DNA of 64,000 nucleotides from Octopus sinensis (lineage: Eukaryota), in contig NC_043011.1 in NCBI RefSeq assembly GCF_006345805.1, forward strand, positions 56,370,464 through 56,434,463, given 5' to 3'. Positions 53,351 to 64,000 of the stretch are shown piece by piece. Every line of letters starts with the position of its first letter. Position 1 is the first letter of the stretch. Both the position numbers and the translations under genes were made by a program. Below the pieces are notes generated by a model, which had not been told where the DNA came from, made no database searches, and saw only the letters and a list, made by a program, of their open reading frames with translations.

Positions 53351-53758
53351 AAATACATAGAATTAATTTAAATTAAAACAGATGGACACACTAATGTGTC
53401 CATGTGTTTTAATTTAATTTAATTCTATGTATTTATGCAGCCGAGGATTGCTCTGCATTTAAATTGATGTACACTTGTGTGCAGCTCATACACTCCTCTC
53501 TATACACTTTTGCAACTTTGCAAAGGCCTCTGAGCAGGTATTGCCATGACAACTTTCTCTGTCATGGTCAATGCGATGATCATACGCTACACACCTTCCT
53601 TCCAGTCACTGCTGTAAACAGTGGAAGTGAGCTAGAATGTTAAAACTTAGTACATATACACAACAGACTCCAAGGTCAATTTGTGCCAAGCAGCTTTACT
53701 CTGCATGCTTTAGCTTCATTACTATGGCAACAATCTGGATACTTATTGATCAGACCTT

Positions 53759-54722
53759 GTGAGGGGAAGGGAGAGTCTTGAAGATGACCCAAGGTCTGGA
53801 TGTCTTGCAATTGCCACCACTGAGGAAAATATTGATCATGTTCAACAAATGGTGATGGACGACAGGCTATTGATTATAAATCAAATAGAAATAGCGAATG
53901 CTATTAGCATATCCTGTGAGAGAGTTGAGAAGATTCTGTGCAATGAACTTGGTATGGCAATGGTTTCTGCTCAGTGGATGCCATGTCTCCTGACACCTGA
54001 TCAATGGCACACCAGGTTGGTCACATCATGGGAAAATCTGACATTGTTTGAGGCAGATCCATCTGGTTTCTTTGAACGTTTCTTTACCCAGGATGAGTGT
54101 TGGGTTCAGCTCTCTGAGCCTGAGATAATAAAATACAATCCATGCAGGAGAAACATTCCTCATCTGCTCTAAAGAAGGCCAGGGTCGTTTCATCTGCAGG
54201 GAAGGTGATGATGTCAGTTTTTGGGGATGCAAAAGACCTTGTGTTCATTGACTGTCTTCAAAAGGACCACACCATCAATGGAGAAGACTATGCCAACTTG
54301 TTGAGTCCATTACAAAAGGCCATCAAGACCAAACATCCTGGAAAACTGACGAAATGGGTCTTGTTTCATTAGGACAATGCTCCAGCACACAAGTCTTTGG
54401 TTTCAATGGCTGTGGCTTTGAAGTTGTTGATCACCTTATTCTCCAGGTTTGGCCTCCATCTGACTATCATCTGTTCCCCAATATGAAAAAACCACTTGGC
54501 TGAGAACCAGTATTGCAGTAATGGTCACATCATATCTTCTGTTGATGATTTTTTTGACCAACATGATGAAAGCTTCCTCATCAGTGGGATCCAAGCACTG
54601 CAACACCAATGGAAGAAGTGTGTTGACCACAAGGGGGATAATGTTGAAAGGTAAACCTCATTTGGTGACCTTCCATGAGATTATTGTGGTCAGGCTATGA
54701 AATTTTGAGCTGAACCTTGTAT
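53759..54722 (+). mobile_element. mariner (DD34D-type) transposase pseudogene
   Basis: SLEDDPRSG, SAQWMPCLL, TQDECWV, SAGKVMMSVFGD, LFH*DNAPAH and PYSP-like motifs with frameshifts and stops. Ends in a TIR-like sequence plus TA. Confidence 0.9.
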
Positions 54723-55647
54723 ATGTGTGTTTGTGCCCCCACCTTTACTTGATTATCAGTGTTTACTTATGTCCTAGTAACTTAGCGGTTTGGCAAAAGA
54801 GACTGATAGAATAAATAGCAGACTTTGAAATAAGAACGATTGATTTGTTTGACTAAATACTTCAAGGTGGTGCCACAGCATGGCCACTGTCCAATGACTG
54901 AAACAATTAAAAGATGAATAATTAATTCACAGCTACTGTCAGATAGTTTCTCAATGTCGTGGAGCTTATTATAGTTGTGAAAGTGTTAAGCTCTTGAAAC
55001 CTCTCTCATCTTGGAATAATATAAAATATTCTGCTCCTGATTTTGCTCTGGGAAGAATTTAAACCTGTACTGCATACTAATAAAACATTTAATAACTTTA
55101 TTATAAACCAGTACTTTACAATTAGTGAGTTTGATTATTTCCAATGCTTTCAACAGTTTGAATAACCAGAATAGGATTAATTGTAGAGATTAGAGAATTA
55201 GCTAACATTATTCTCCGGTTGAGACAGTTTATCATCAGGTGGGCCACATTACTAAATAAGTTCAAGGTTACTCCATTCAATGGAGATCCATTCAGAAAGG
55301 CCCACAGGCTGAGTTTGCCCATAGACATTGGGAAAAGGAGCAGCACATATGACCCTTTTCAGAAGCCCTGAAATTTTGGGGATCTCTCTGTCTCAGATAT
55401 TATGGGTGTTGGCAAGGCTGTATGGTTAAGAAGATCACTTCACAACTGTGTGCTTTGGGGTTTGACCCCACTATGCACACTTTAAGCAAGATTCTTCTTC
55501 GCTGGGTCTGGGTTGATCAAACTCTTGTGTGTGAAATTTAATGGATGAAATTCTATAGAAGCCTGTCAGTGGGTCTCCAGAATATCACCAAATTCCTACA
55601 AAGCACATTATCATTTTCTAAAAAATATTGGATAATGTGATCTAGAG

Positions 55648-55932
55648 CAGTGCTACTCAAAGTGGTGGTCTGCTGACCGGCACCGGTCCTTGAGCCATTA
55701 GCTGCTGGTACGTGGTGAGTTTCCAGAAAAGAAAGAAACATTGTAAAATGCTTGTGTAATATTGCATTATTTCTTTATAAAATAAAGAAAAATGTCAACT
55801 TTTATTATATTCTTTATATATATTGTTTCTGGTATAAATTAATATTACCAAAAAATATTACCGGTCCCTGGCACTTGGAAAAAAAAGCAAAAAAACGCTG
55901 GTATGCCACATCAGATCGTTTGAGAAGCACTG
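55648..55932. mobile_element. hAT (Charlie-like) MITE
   Basis: TIRs CAGTGCT(a/t)CTCAAA; 8-bp TSD ATCTAGAG. Confidence 0.88.
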
Positions 55933-56252
55933 ATCTAGAGTATACTCTTCCTGGTTAAATAAGACATGTTGGTCTTGGTTGGAGTGTCTTATCATAAATT
56001 TGTTTGATTGAAACCAAAGAACGATAACATTGAGTTCTAGCATTGGCCGAAGTAGAGCCTATGAAAATTTACCCAGCAATTTCAGTGATTTTTTTTTTCT
56101 CTCCAGAAAGATGAAAGGCAAAAATTACCTCTCTTCGCTAAACAATAAAAAAGAAAAAAAAGAAATATTGAATATTGTTGTTTAACCTGAGATCCACCCT
56201 GATGATGCAGATTTAAAATAAAAAGTCTTCCAGTGCTGACTGTACTCTCTCT

Positions 56253-56467
56253 TATTTCTTTATTGCCCATAAGGGGCTAAACACAGAGGGGACAAATAAA
56301 GGGATTAAGTCGATTACATCGACCCCAGTGTGTAACTGCTACTTAATTTATCGACCCCGAAAAGATGAAAGGCGAAGTTGACCTCGGCGGAATTTGAACT
56401 CAGAACGTAGTGGCAGACGAAATATCGCTAAGCATTTCGCCTGGCGTGCTAACGATTCTACCAGCTC
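56253..56467 (-). mobile_element. SINE family 1
   Basis: Match to the family. Confidence 0.88.
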
Positions 56468-56508
56468 TCTCTCTTTCTCCTTTGTCAGGCTAAATGCATC
56501 TAGGACTA

Positions 56509-56539
<31 letters not shown>

Positions 56540-58696
56540 ATGGGTAGAGACAGACATGGAACAAACATTGAGAACCGATTGTAACTAAAATATCAGAGTT
56601 ATGGCCCTTGCTTTTCTTTACCAGAATTATTAAAGGTTTTTAAAAAAATCTTTTAGCTCACTGCATTGAGTATGTTAACATTAACTCAACTGATTGTTAC
56701 ATAGACTTGTACGTGTTCTGTATATCTGAAAAGTAAGTTAAGCGAATTTAATAAGGAGCAGCTAATTTATAATCAAGAATATTTACTTTAAACTTACGCA
56801 GACAGCAGATTTTATAACTTTTTTTTAATCTTAAAGCATGGTATAAATCTTTCAAGGCTCTTTTCAATGGGAAGATCTCATATATTTACTTATTGATTGA
56901 ATAACTCACATAACAGTGTTTAAAATGTTTCTGCTCCTAAATCAACAGCCAGAATCTATCACCAGTGCACAGACATTCATTAGTTTATGTAGTGACATGC
57001 AGCTTATGTAATCAAACGATTGCATGATTGCCACACTACGTTATCTATATTATATCTTTAGTTATTGATTTTGTTACTTAATGATATATATATTGTTAAT
57101 AACTAATATGTTGCCTCTTTCTTTCTTGCTTTTTTTTTTAATCTTTTAGCATTATTTAATGTAGTGTTGGACCTCATAGTCATAAAAACTCCATTAGACT
57201 GGCTATCTGCATAATGATAGTTCATGTCAGATCAAATATTTTCCTAACTATGAAGTTCCCATCCATAATTCCAAATACATTCTCTGAAAGATTGCTCAAG
57301 AGCAACAAAATAAACATTTTAGAAGGAAAAGAGGAAAATCATTTTAGTTCATTTATGTACAGTTCCATTCAGAGAGATGCCATGGCATTCATTTCCATAC
57401 CAATGATGGTTCACCAGAAGATGTCAGGTTAAACAATCTTTAATTGTCGAAGCTCCAGTGCAAAAGTAACTGGATCCTCTCAGTGTGGTAGGAATCGACA
57501 TGAATGAATGTGCCGATGAAGTGACATATTTTGGCATGGAAGAAAAAAAAGAGAAAAGAAAAGAAGAAAGTCTGTTACTGCTAGCTTTGTTCAAGAGTGG
57601 GTTGTTTTTTTGGATCAACTTTTGAAATAAATTTTAGAATTTTCTTAAAATGACATGTAAAAAAAAACACCTGTGCTTGGTGCCACATGAAAAAGCACCC
57701 AGTAGACTCTGTAAAGTGGTTGGCATTAGGAAGGGCATCCAGTCGCAAACACCATGCCAAAACAGACAGTTGGAAGCTGGTGCAGTAGCTCTCTGACTGG
57801 TTAGCTCCTGTCAAGCCATCCAACCCATACCAGCATGGAAAACAGACATTAAAAAGTGAAGAGACCTCCTCTTGCTCACAATTAAAACTCACAAACTGGA
57901 GTTAACTAATTAAGTACATGGCTAATTACTAGTGGCTGGAAGTAAGAAAGTAGTTAAAAGATATTTGCTGAGCAGTCGGTCAGTTTGATACCATTCAAAG
58001 CTGGATTTGCGACCATGTGCTTCCGGATTCAGTCCCATGGTATGTTACCTTGGCCTTCTACTATAGCCCTGGGCCAACCAATGACTTGTGAGTGAATTTG
58101 GTAGATGGAGATTGTGTGGAAGCCCATTGTATATACATATGTATCATGTGTGTATTTGCATTTATGTTTGTCTCTTCACCATCACTTGACAACTGGTGTT
58201 GGTTTGTTTACGTTCCTGTAATTTTGCAGTTCAGCAAGAACGACTGATAGAATAAGTATCAGTTTAAAAACAGAAGTATTGGAGTCAAATTGCTAGACTA
58301 AACCCTTTCATGGCAGTGCCCCAGCATGGTCACAGCCCAATGACTGAAACAAGTAAAAGATAAAAAGATATCAAACACAAGAGAAAGGGGAGACATTTCC
58401 ATGGATGTAAATATAAAATGTGGTCGACTGCTGTCCTACCACATCAAACCGTTTTAATGAAGGTACTTTCAGATCAATGGTGGAAAAACAGCAAGAAACC
58501 AAAGACGGGAATGTCGGATTAAATGCTTTTCACTATTTTGTGTTTTTTTTCTTTAAAATGTGAAAAGTTGCTTTGCATTTCATCCATCTGGGATCGATAC
58601 AATAAGAATCGTTCAAAACGTTGGTCAGTTAAATTGATTCCACTCTCCAGTTGAAATTTATGATTGTATACCAATGATAGAATTTGTTATTGATTA

Positions 58697-58890
58697 TCCT
58701 CCTCCTCCCTCTCCTCTCTCCCCTCCTACCATACTCTTCCCGTCCTCCCCATCCACCTCCTCCTCTTCTCTTCCTCCTTTCCTCCCTCCTCCCTCCCTCT
58801 CTTCTCCTCCTCCCTCTCCTCTCCCCTCCTACAATTCTACTCCCATCCTCCCCTTCCTCTCCTCTTCCTCTTCCTCCTCTTCATCATCAT
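58697..58890 (+). repeat. Polypyrimidine (CCT/CT) low-complexity tract
   Basis: Seen directly. Confidence 0.9.
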
Positions 58891-59679
58891 CGTTGAGTGC
58901 CCACTTTTCTGTGCTTTCGTGGATCAAATAAAACTTATTGAGGCAGGGTTTCTATGGCTGGATGCTCTTCTTGTCACCAACCCTCACCTGTTTCCAAGGA
59001 ACAGAATATAATTCTTTAGTCCTTTGAACAATGAACAGCTCAATGGTCAGACATGTTTTCATGGAAGATTGCAGACAAATGACATTGCTTGTTAAGACAA
59101 GGAAAACATGTTCATACACACACACACACACACACACACATACACAATGTGCTTCTTAGACTTTCCATCTAGTTAATTTTCCTGTGTGGTCAGCTCAGAG
59201 CTATGGTAGAAGACATGTTCAGGATGCCATGCAGTGGGACTGAACCCCAAACCATGAAGTTGTGAAGCCAACTTTTTAAACAAAATGCCATGCTTTTTGC
59301 GAACATGTTTATCAGGAACATCTTGTTAAATTCTACCAGAAAGTTTTAGATTAAGGAATTACTGTACCAGGTTAATTAATATTTTCAAAGACAGTTAATA
59401 TCAAAGAGTAGCAGGGCCATTCTTCTCATTGCTAATAAGGATTGACTAAATGCATGTCAGAATCTTAGACACATGTGAAGCATTTTTCTGGAGAAACGGG
59501 TTCGTTCAGTTCATGATTACAGATGGACCAGTAACGAGAAAGAAAGGAATTTCGGTTGTTCTCACCCTCTGGTTGCCAGAAGTGAGACTCTGTGCAGACA
59601 TTTGGTATCTGCTGGTCGGAATACAGAAAGTTATTGAATTTATTTTATGGATACTTTAGATGCAATGTTGTACCAGAAT

Positions 59680-60020
59680 GTGAAGGCGCATGGCTCAGTG
59701 GTTAGAGCATTGAGCTTATGATCATGAGGTTGTGAGTTTGATTCCTGGACCAGGCTGCATGTTGTGTTCTTGAGCAAGACACTTTATATCCTGTTGCTCC
59801 AGTTAGCTCAGCTGTAGAAATGAGTTACGACATCACTGGAGCCAAGCTGTATCAGTCCCTTTGCCTTTCCCTTGGATAACATCAGTAGTGTGGAGAAGGG
59901 AGGTCAGTATGCATTGGCGACTGCTGGCCTTTCACAAACAACCTTGCCCGGACTTGTGCCTTGGAGGGGAACTTTCTAGGTGCAGTCCCGCGGTCATTCA
60001 TGACCGAAGGGGGTCTCCTC
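59680..60020 (+). mobile_element. tRNA-derived SINE family 4 with 11-bp TSD (second copy 17242-17565)
   Basis: Head GGCGCATGGCTCAGTGGTTAGAGC; TSD TGTACCAGAAT at 59669 and 60021. Confidence 0.85.
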
Positions 60021-60306
60021 TGTACCAGAATATCAATCACAATTATGAAAGTCATATGACCTCTGAGACTGAAAATAGAAACAAGAGGCTTCTAGTGTGA
60101 ATACAATATCTTAATTCTTTAAAATTTGGAGCAGCCATATCTGGCCCAAATATTCTGTTTTATGTTCAAACCCGTCGGAGGCTGGATCTGGCCTCTCATC
60201 CCCCTGCAATGTCATTCTAAAACTAATAAGCAATCATTGAAATCTCCAAGCTACAAGATAATGCAGGATTAAATCAAAACAGTGTGAACAAACAAACATT
60301 ATATCT

Positions 60307-60473
60307 AGGCGCAGGAGTGGCTGTGTGGTAAGTAGCTTGCTTACCAACCACATGGTTCCGGGTTCAGTCCCACTGCGTGGCATCTTGGGTAAGTGTCTTC
60401 TGCTATAGTCTCGGGCCGACCAATGCCTTGTGAGTGGATTTGGTAGGCGGAAACTGAAAGAAGCCTGTCGTAT

Positions 60474-60543
<70 letters not shown>

Positions 60544-60757
60544 ATGTTTGTGTGTCTGTGTTTGTCCCCCTAGCATTGCTTGACAACCGATGCTGGTGTG
60601 TTTACGTCCCCGTCACTTAGCGGTTCGGCAAAGAGACCGATAGAATAAGTACTGGGCTTACAAAGAATAAGTCCCGGGGTCGAGTTGCTCGGTTAAAGGC
60701 GGTGCTCCAGCATGGCTGCAGTCAAATGACTGAAACAAGTAAAAGAGTAAAAGAGTA
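60307..60757 (+). mobile_element. tRNA-derived SINE family 2 with internal (TA)n/(TG)n microsatellite
   Basis: Head AGGCGCAGGAGTGGCTGTGTGGTAAG..GGTTCAGTCCC and tail GACTGAAACAAGTAAAAGA. Older copies at about 1-305(-), 3880-4265(+), 9230-9590(-), 13045-13400(-), 15010-15450(-), 50357-50730(-), 57990-58370(+) and 62235-62600(+). Confidence 0.85.
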
Positions 60758-60884
60758 AATGCTGAGGGATGAAAGGTAGCTTTAAGAAAACTTCTGTCTG
60801 TAGTGTTGTTCAGGCCTGAAGTTAAACATGTATATTAAAGAAAGCTAAAGAAAATTTAATCATATCCAGGAAAGTGTAATTGTT

Positions 60885-61328
60885 GACAGAGCGGCTATTC
60901 GAGTATGATCGTTACCAACACCGCCTTACTGGCATTTATGCCTGTGCTAGTAGGGTGCCAAGAACACCATCCGAGCATGATCGTTGCCAGAGCAGCCAAC
61001 TGGCTTCCATGCCAGTGGCACGTAAAAGGGCACCATTCGAGCATAATCGTTACCAAACTCACTTTACTGGCACCTGTGCCGGTGGCACGTGTAAAAAGAT
61101 TCAAGCGAGGTCATTGCCAGTACCGCCTGACTGGCCCCCATGCCAGTGGCACGTAAAAAGCACTCACTACACTCTCGGAGTGGTTGGCATTAGGAAGGGC
61201 ATCCAGCTGTAGAAACTCTGCCAGATCAAGACTGGAGCCTGGTGTAGCCATCTGGTTTGCCAGCCCTCAGTCAAAATCGTCCAACCCATGCTAGCATGGA
61301 AAGCGGACGTTAAACGATGATGATGATG
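60885..61328 (+). mobile_element. RTE LINE 3'UTR fragment
   Basis: Same family. Further fragments near 2750, 17660, 50750, 57670 and 62824-63093. Confidence 0.85.
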
Positions 61329-63771
61329 AAAGGAAAAAAGCACCAACTTGATGTAAGTCATTTGTTGATGACTGTGTATTAAATACATATTGATCTGGAT
61401 GCTGCATTACCACAAGGAATGAATGTCTTTGACAGCAATAAATTTCCTTATCTGAGTGGAATGGAGAAAATTAGCAAATCTATCTTCAGACGTGAACCTT
61501 GGCAGCTTAGCTGTTTCTTCAGTCATAGCACAAGAAAATTGCAATTGATAATGTATCCTATCTTAGTGTTTACAAGGAATACAAGAAAACAAGGAATACT
61601 ACGCTCGATCCAAAAGAATATGGAAATTTTAGTTTTCCACATTCAACAAATCAAATATGTCAATCGTTTGTAATGTTTCTTGTTCCAGTTCTTATATAAA
61701 TATTTCAGAGACAATTGGTAAATTGGTAGGAATCCAGTCACACTAACCATTATTATAAACCTCCATGGACCATATCTAAGTATAGAAAAACTTAATACGA
61801 TGCTCTTTGTTTTCATTTTGGTTTTTGCAATTAAAACACTGCATAATTTTTGAAAAACTTGAAAAACAAATGACCTTCTACATTTATTTATATATTGAAT
61901 AAATCACATAGCAAGAAATTATTGTTTAAGAAAGATCTGTAGCAGATAATGTCAGTTCTGAGTACACACCAAAGTTGTACTGTAAATCGTTAAAGCCATG
62001 AAGATTGTTGGCAAAACTACAAGATATTTGGGTCAAAGAATCTGTCGTACTGCTAATAATACCTTCTCTGGATTTTATCATTCGTTCTTGTTGGTGACTA
62101 GAATTATTTTCTTAGTAGCAAGGGCATATACTCTACACAAAAATGTGGTACGTATATAGAAAGCACATTTCTTGAGCTCTTTCAATGCTGAAATATTTTA
62201 TATATATATATATCAATTATATACATATTGATGCATGCCTGGTTGTGTGGTTAAGGAGCTTGTTTTGCAAGCCCTTGGTTTTGAGTTCAGTCTCACTGTT
62301 TGGCTCCTTGGGTAAGTGTCTTCTACTACAGCCAAAGGCTGACCAATGTTTTGGGAGTGGATTTAGGTGGAAACTGTGTGGAAGCTCATCATGTGTGTGT
62401 GTATTTGTACCCCCTCTACCACTTGGCAACTGGTGTCAGTTTATGTCCCTGTAACTCAGTGGTCCAGCAAAAAAAAAAAATTGATAGAATAAGTACCAAC
62501 CTTTAAAGAAATATGTCCTGGAAGCATTTTGTTGGAGTAAACCCTCAGTGCTGTGCTCAAGTATGGCCGTGGTCCAATACCTGAACGAAGTAAAAAGATA
62601 AAGAAAAAAAACGGTGAAGGAAAAAGTAACAAAGATACAAGAGTGGAGTGAATTTTGGAATCTTTTACTTCTGGCACCAACAGATTGAAATTTCTCTTTA
62701 CAGAAAGGGAAATGTGTAGAATTGTGATGATGGAGTTGGCCAGAAAATGTGGAAGATTTTAAGAATCAGAAGAAAATGAATTGAATGTTTTAAATAAGGA
62801 TTAACTGAGAAAATGATTGGGATTCATCATCATCATTTAACGTCCACTTTCCATGCTAGCATGGGTTGGACGATTTTGACTGAGGGCTGGTGAACCAGAT
62901 GGCTGCACCAGGCTCCAATCTTGATTTGGCAGAGTTTCTACAGCTGGATGCCCTTCCTAACGCCAACCACTTTACAGAGTGTAGTGGATGCTTTTTATGT
63001 GCTACTGACACGGGGGCCAGTCAGGTGGTACTGGCAACGACCTCGCTCGAATCTTTTTACACATGCCACCAGCACAGGTGCTAGTAAGGCGAATGTAAGA
63101 AAAAGGAATTGGAACAGGAAAATGTGAAGTAAAACTGTGAAATAAGGCCTGAAAAATATTGTTGTCACTTAGTAAATGACAAAGGATGAAGACAACTGGA
63201 AGTGTGTGACTGATGGATGGACATCAAATCAACAATAAGTACGGTAATTGTGTGGGCGATTAATCTATCTGAAAATGACCACAGTGAAATTATCTTTATG
63301 AATTGATCATGAAAGCGAAACAATAGGTAAATGTAAGGCTTCATGAACGAAGCTTAACACTAAATGTAATATCGCAGTAAAATATAGATTGTCAGTTCAT
63401 TTATGACAATACTTGCAGCAGACATGACAGCTTTCTTAACATATATTCCATAAATTACAGTAAAGGAATTATAACAATGAAAAATAGCAACTCACCACGA
63501 AAACAAAAAGGCTGTTCTTGATCTTTATTTACACATAATCAATATTCCTATACAACTTGAAAACATAGGCAAATATTACAAGAAGCTTGTATCAACTTGC
63601 TCTATTGTAAGAGGTTCTACTCTCGCGTGCTAAATTTGAAGTAAGCCTTTCTGGTAGGTCTAACCTGGTATTATCACGTTATGGTGGCAAATGAGATATT
63701 TGTAATAACTAATGCACACCCTGTAATTAGCTGACTAAATTTGTCTGCTTCAGGCTTGTGTTGGAACAAAA

Positions 63772-64000
63772 AGGTAGTGAGCTGGCAGAATCATTAGCAT
63801 GCTGGGTGAAATGCCTAGCGGTATTTCATCTGCCGTTATGTTCTGAGTTCAAATTCCGCCATGGTCGACTTTACCTTTCATCCTTTCAGGGTCGATAAAT
63901 TAAGTACCAGTTACGCACTTGGGTCAATGTAATCAACTTGATCCGTCTGTCTGTCTTTGTTTGTCTCCTCTGTGTTTAGCCCCTTGTGGGTGGTAAAGAA
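63772..64000 (+). mobile_element. SINE family 1 (reaches window end)
   Basis: Match to the family. Confidence 0.88.

Noticed and set aside
60885-61165. CRISPR-like repeat-spacer array
   Set aside because: Eukaryotic context, the linkers are homologous to one another, there are no cas genes, and it is part of a LINE 3'UTR.

Overview
AT-rich, microsatellite- and transposon-dense animal genomic DNA. The repeat repertoire looks like that of an octopus or other coleoid cephalopod (inference). One host protein-coding gene is well supported, on the minus strand. An exon encoding a Neuralized-homology (NHR) domain (11887-11419) splices in phase to an exon missed by the ORF track (3774-3612) that encodes the start of a Roc GTPase domain with its P-loop. 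This makes it an NHR-Roc (ROCO-type) gene that runs off the left edge, with a probable 5'UTR exon and promoter near 28-28.6 kb. A second, RFX/X-box-like promoter region lies at about 48.4-49.8 kb. Everything else recognisable is mobile DNA: several tRNA-derived SINE families; RTE, CR1 and Tx1-like LINE fragments; a decayed Ty3/Gypsy element; Tc1/mariner relics; hAT-, piggyBac-, pogo- and Merlin-like MITEs; and nested Helitrons. The most striking observations are (i) a tRNA-headed SINE-like element carrying a Penelope-type minimal hammerhead ribozyme motif, once in an inverted Penelope-like insertion with a long TSD, (ii) the NHR-Roc fusion gene, and (iii) a SINE whose 3' tail matches the 3' end of the Tx1-like LINE in the same window. 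All calls come from reading the sequence by eye; no searches were run.
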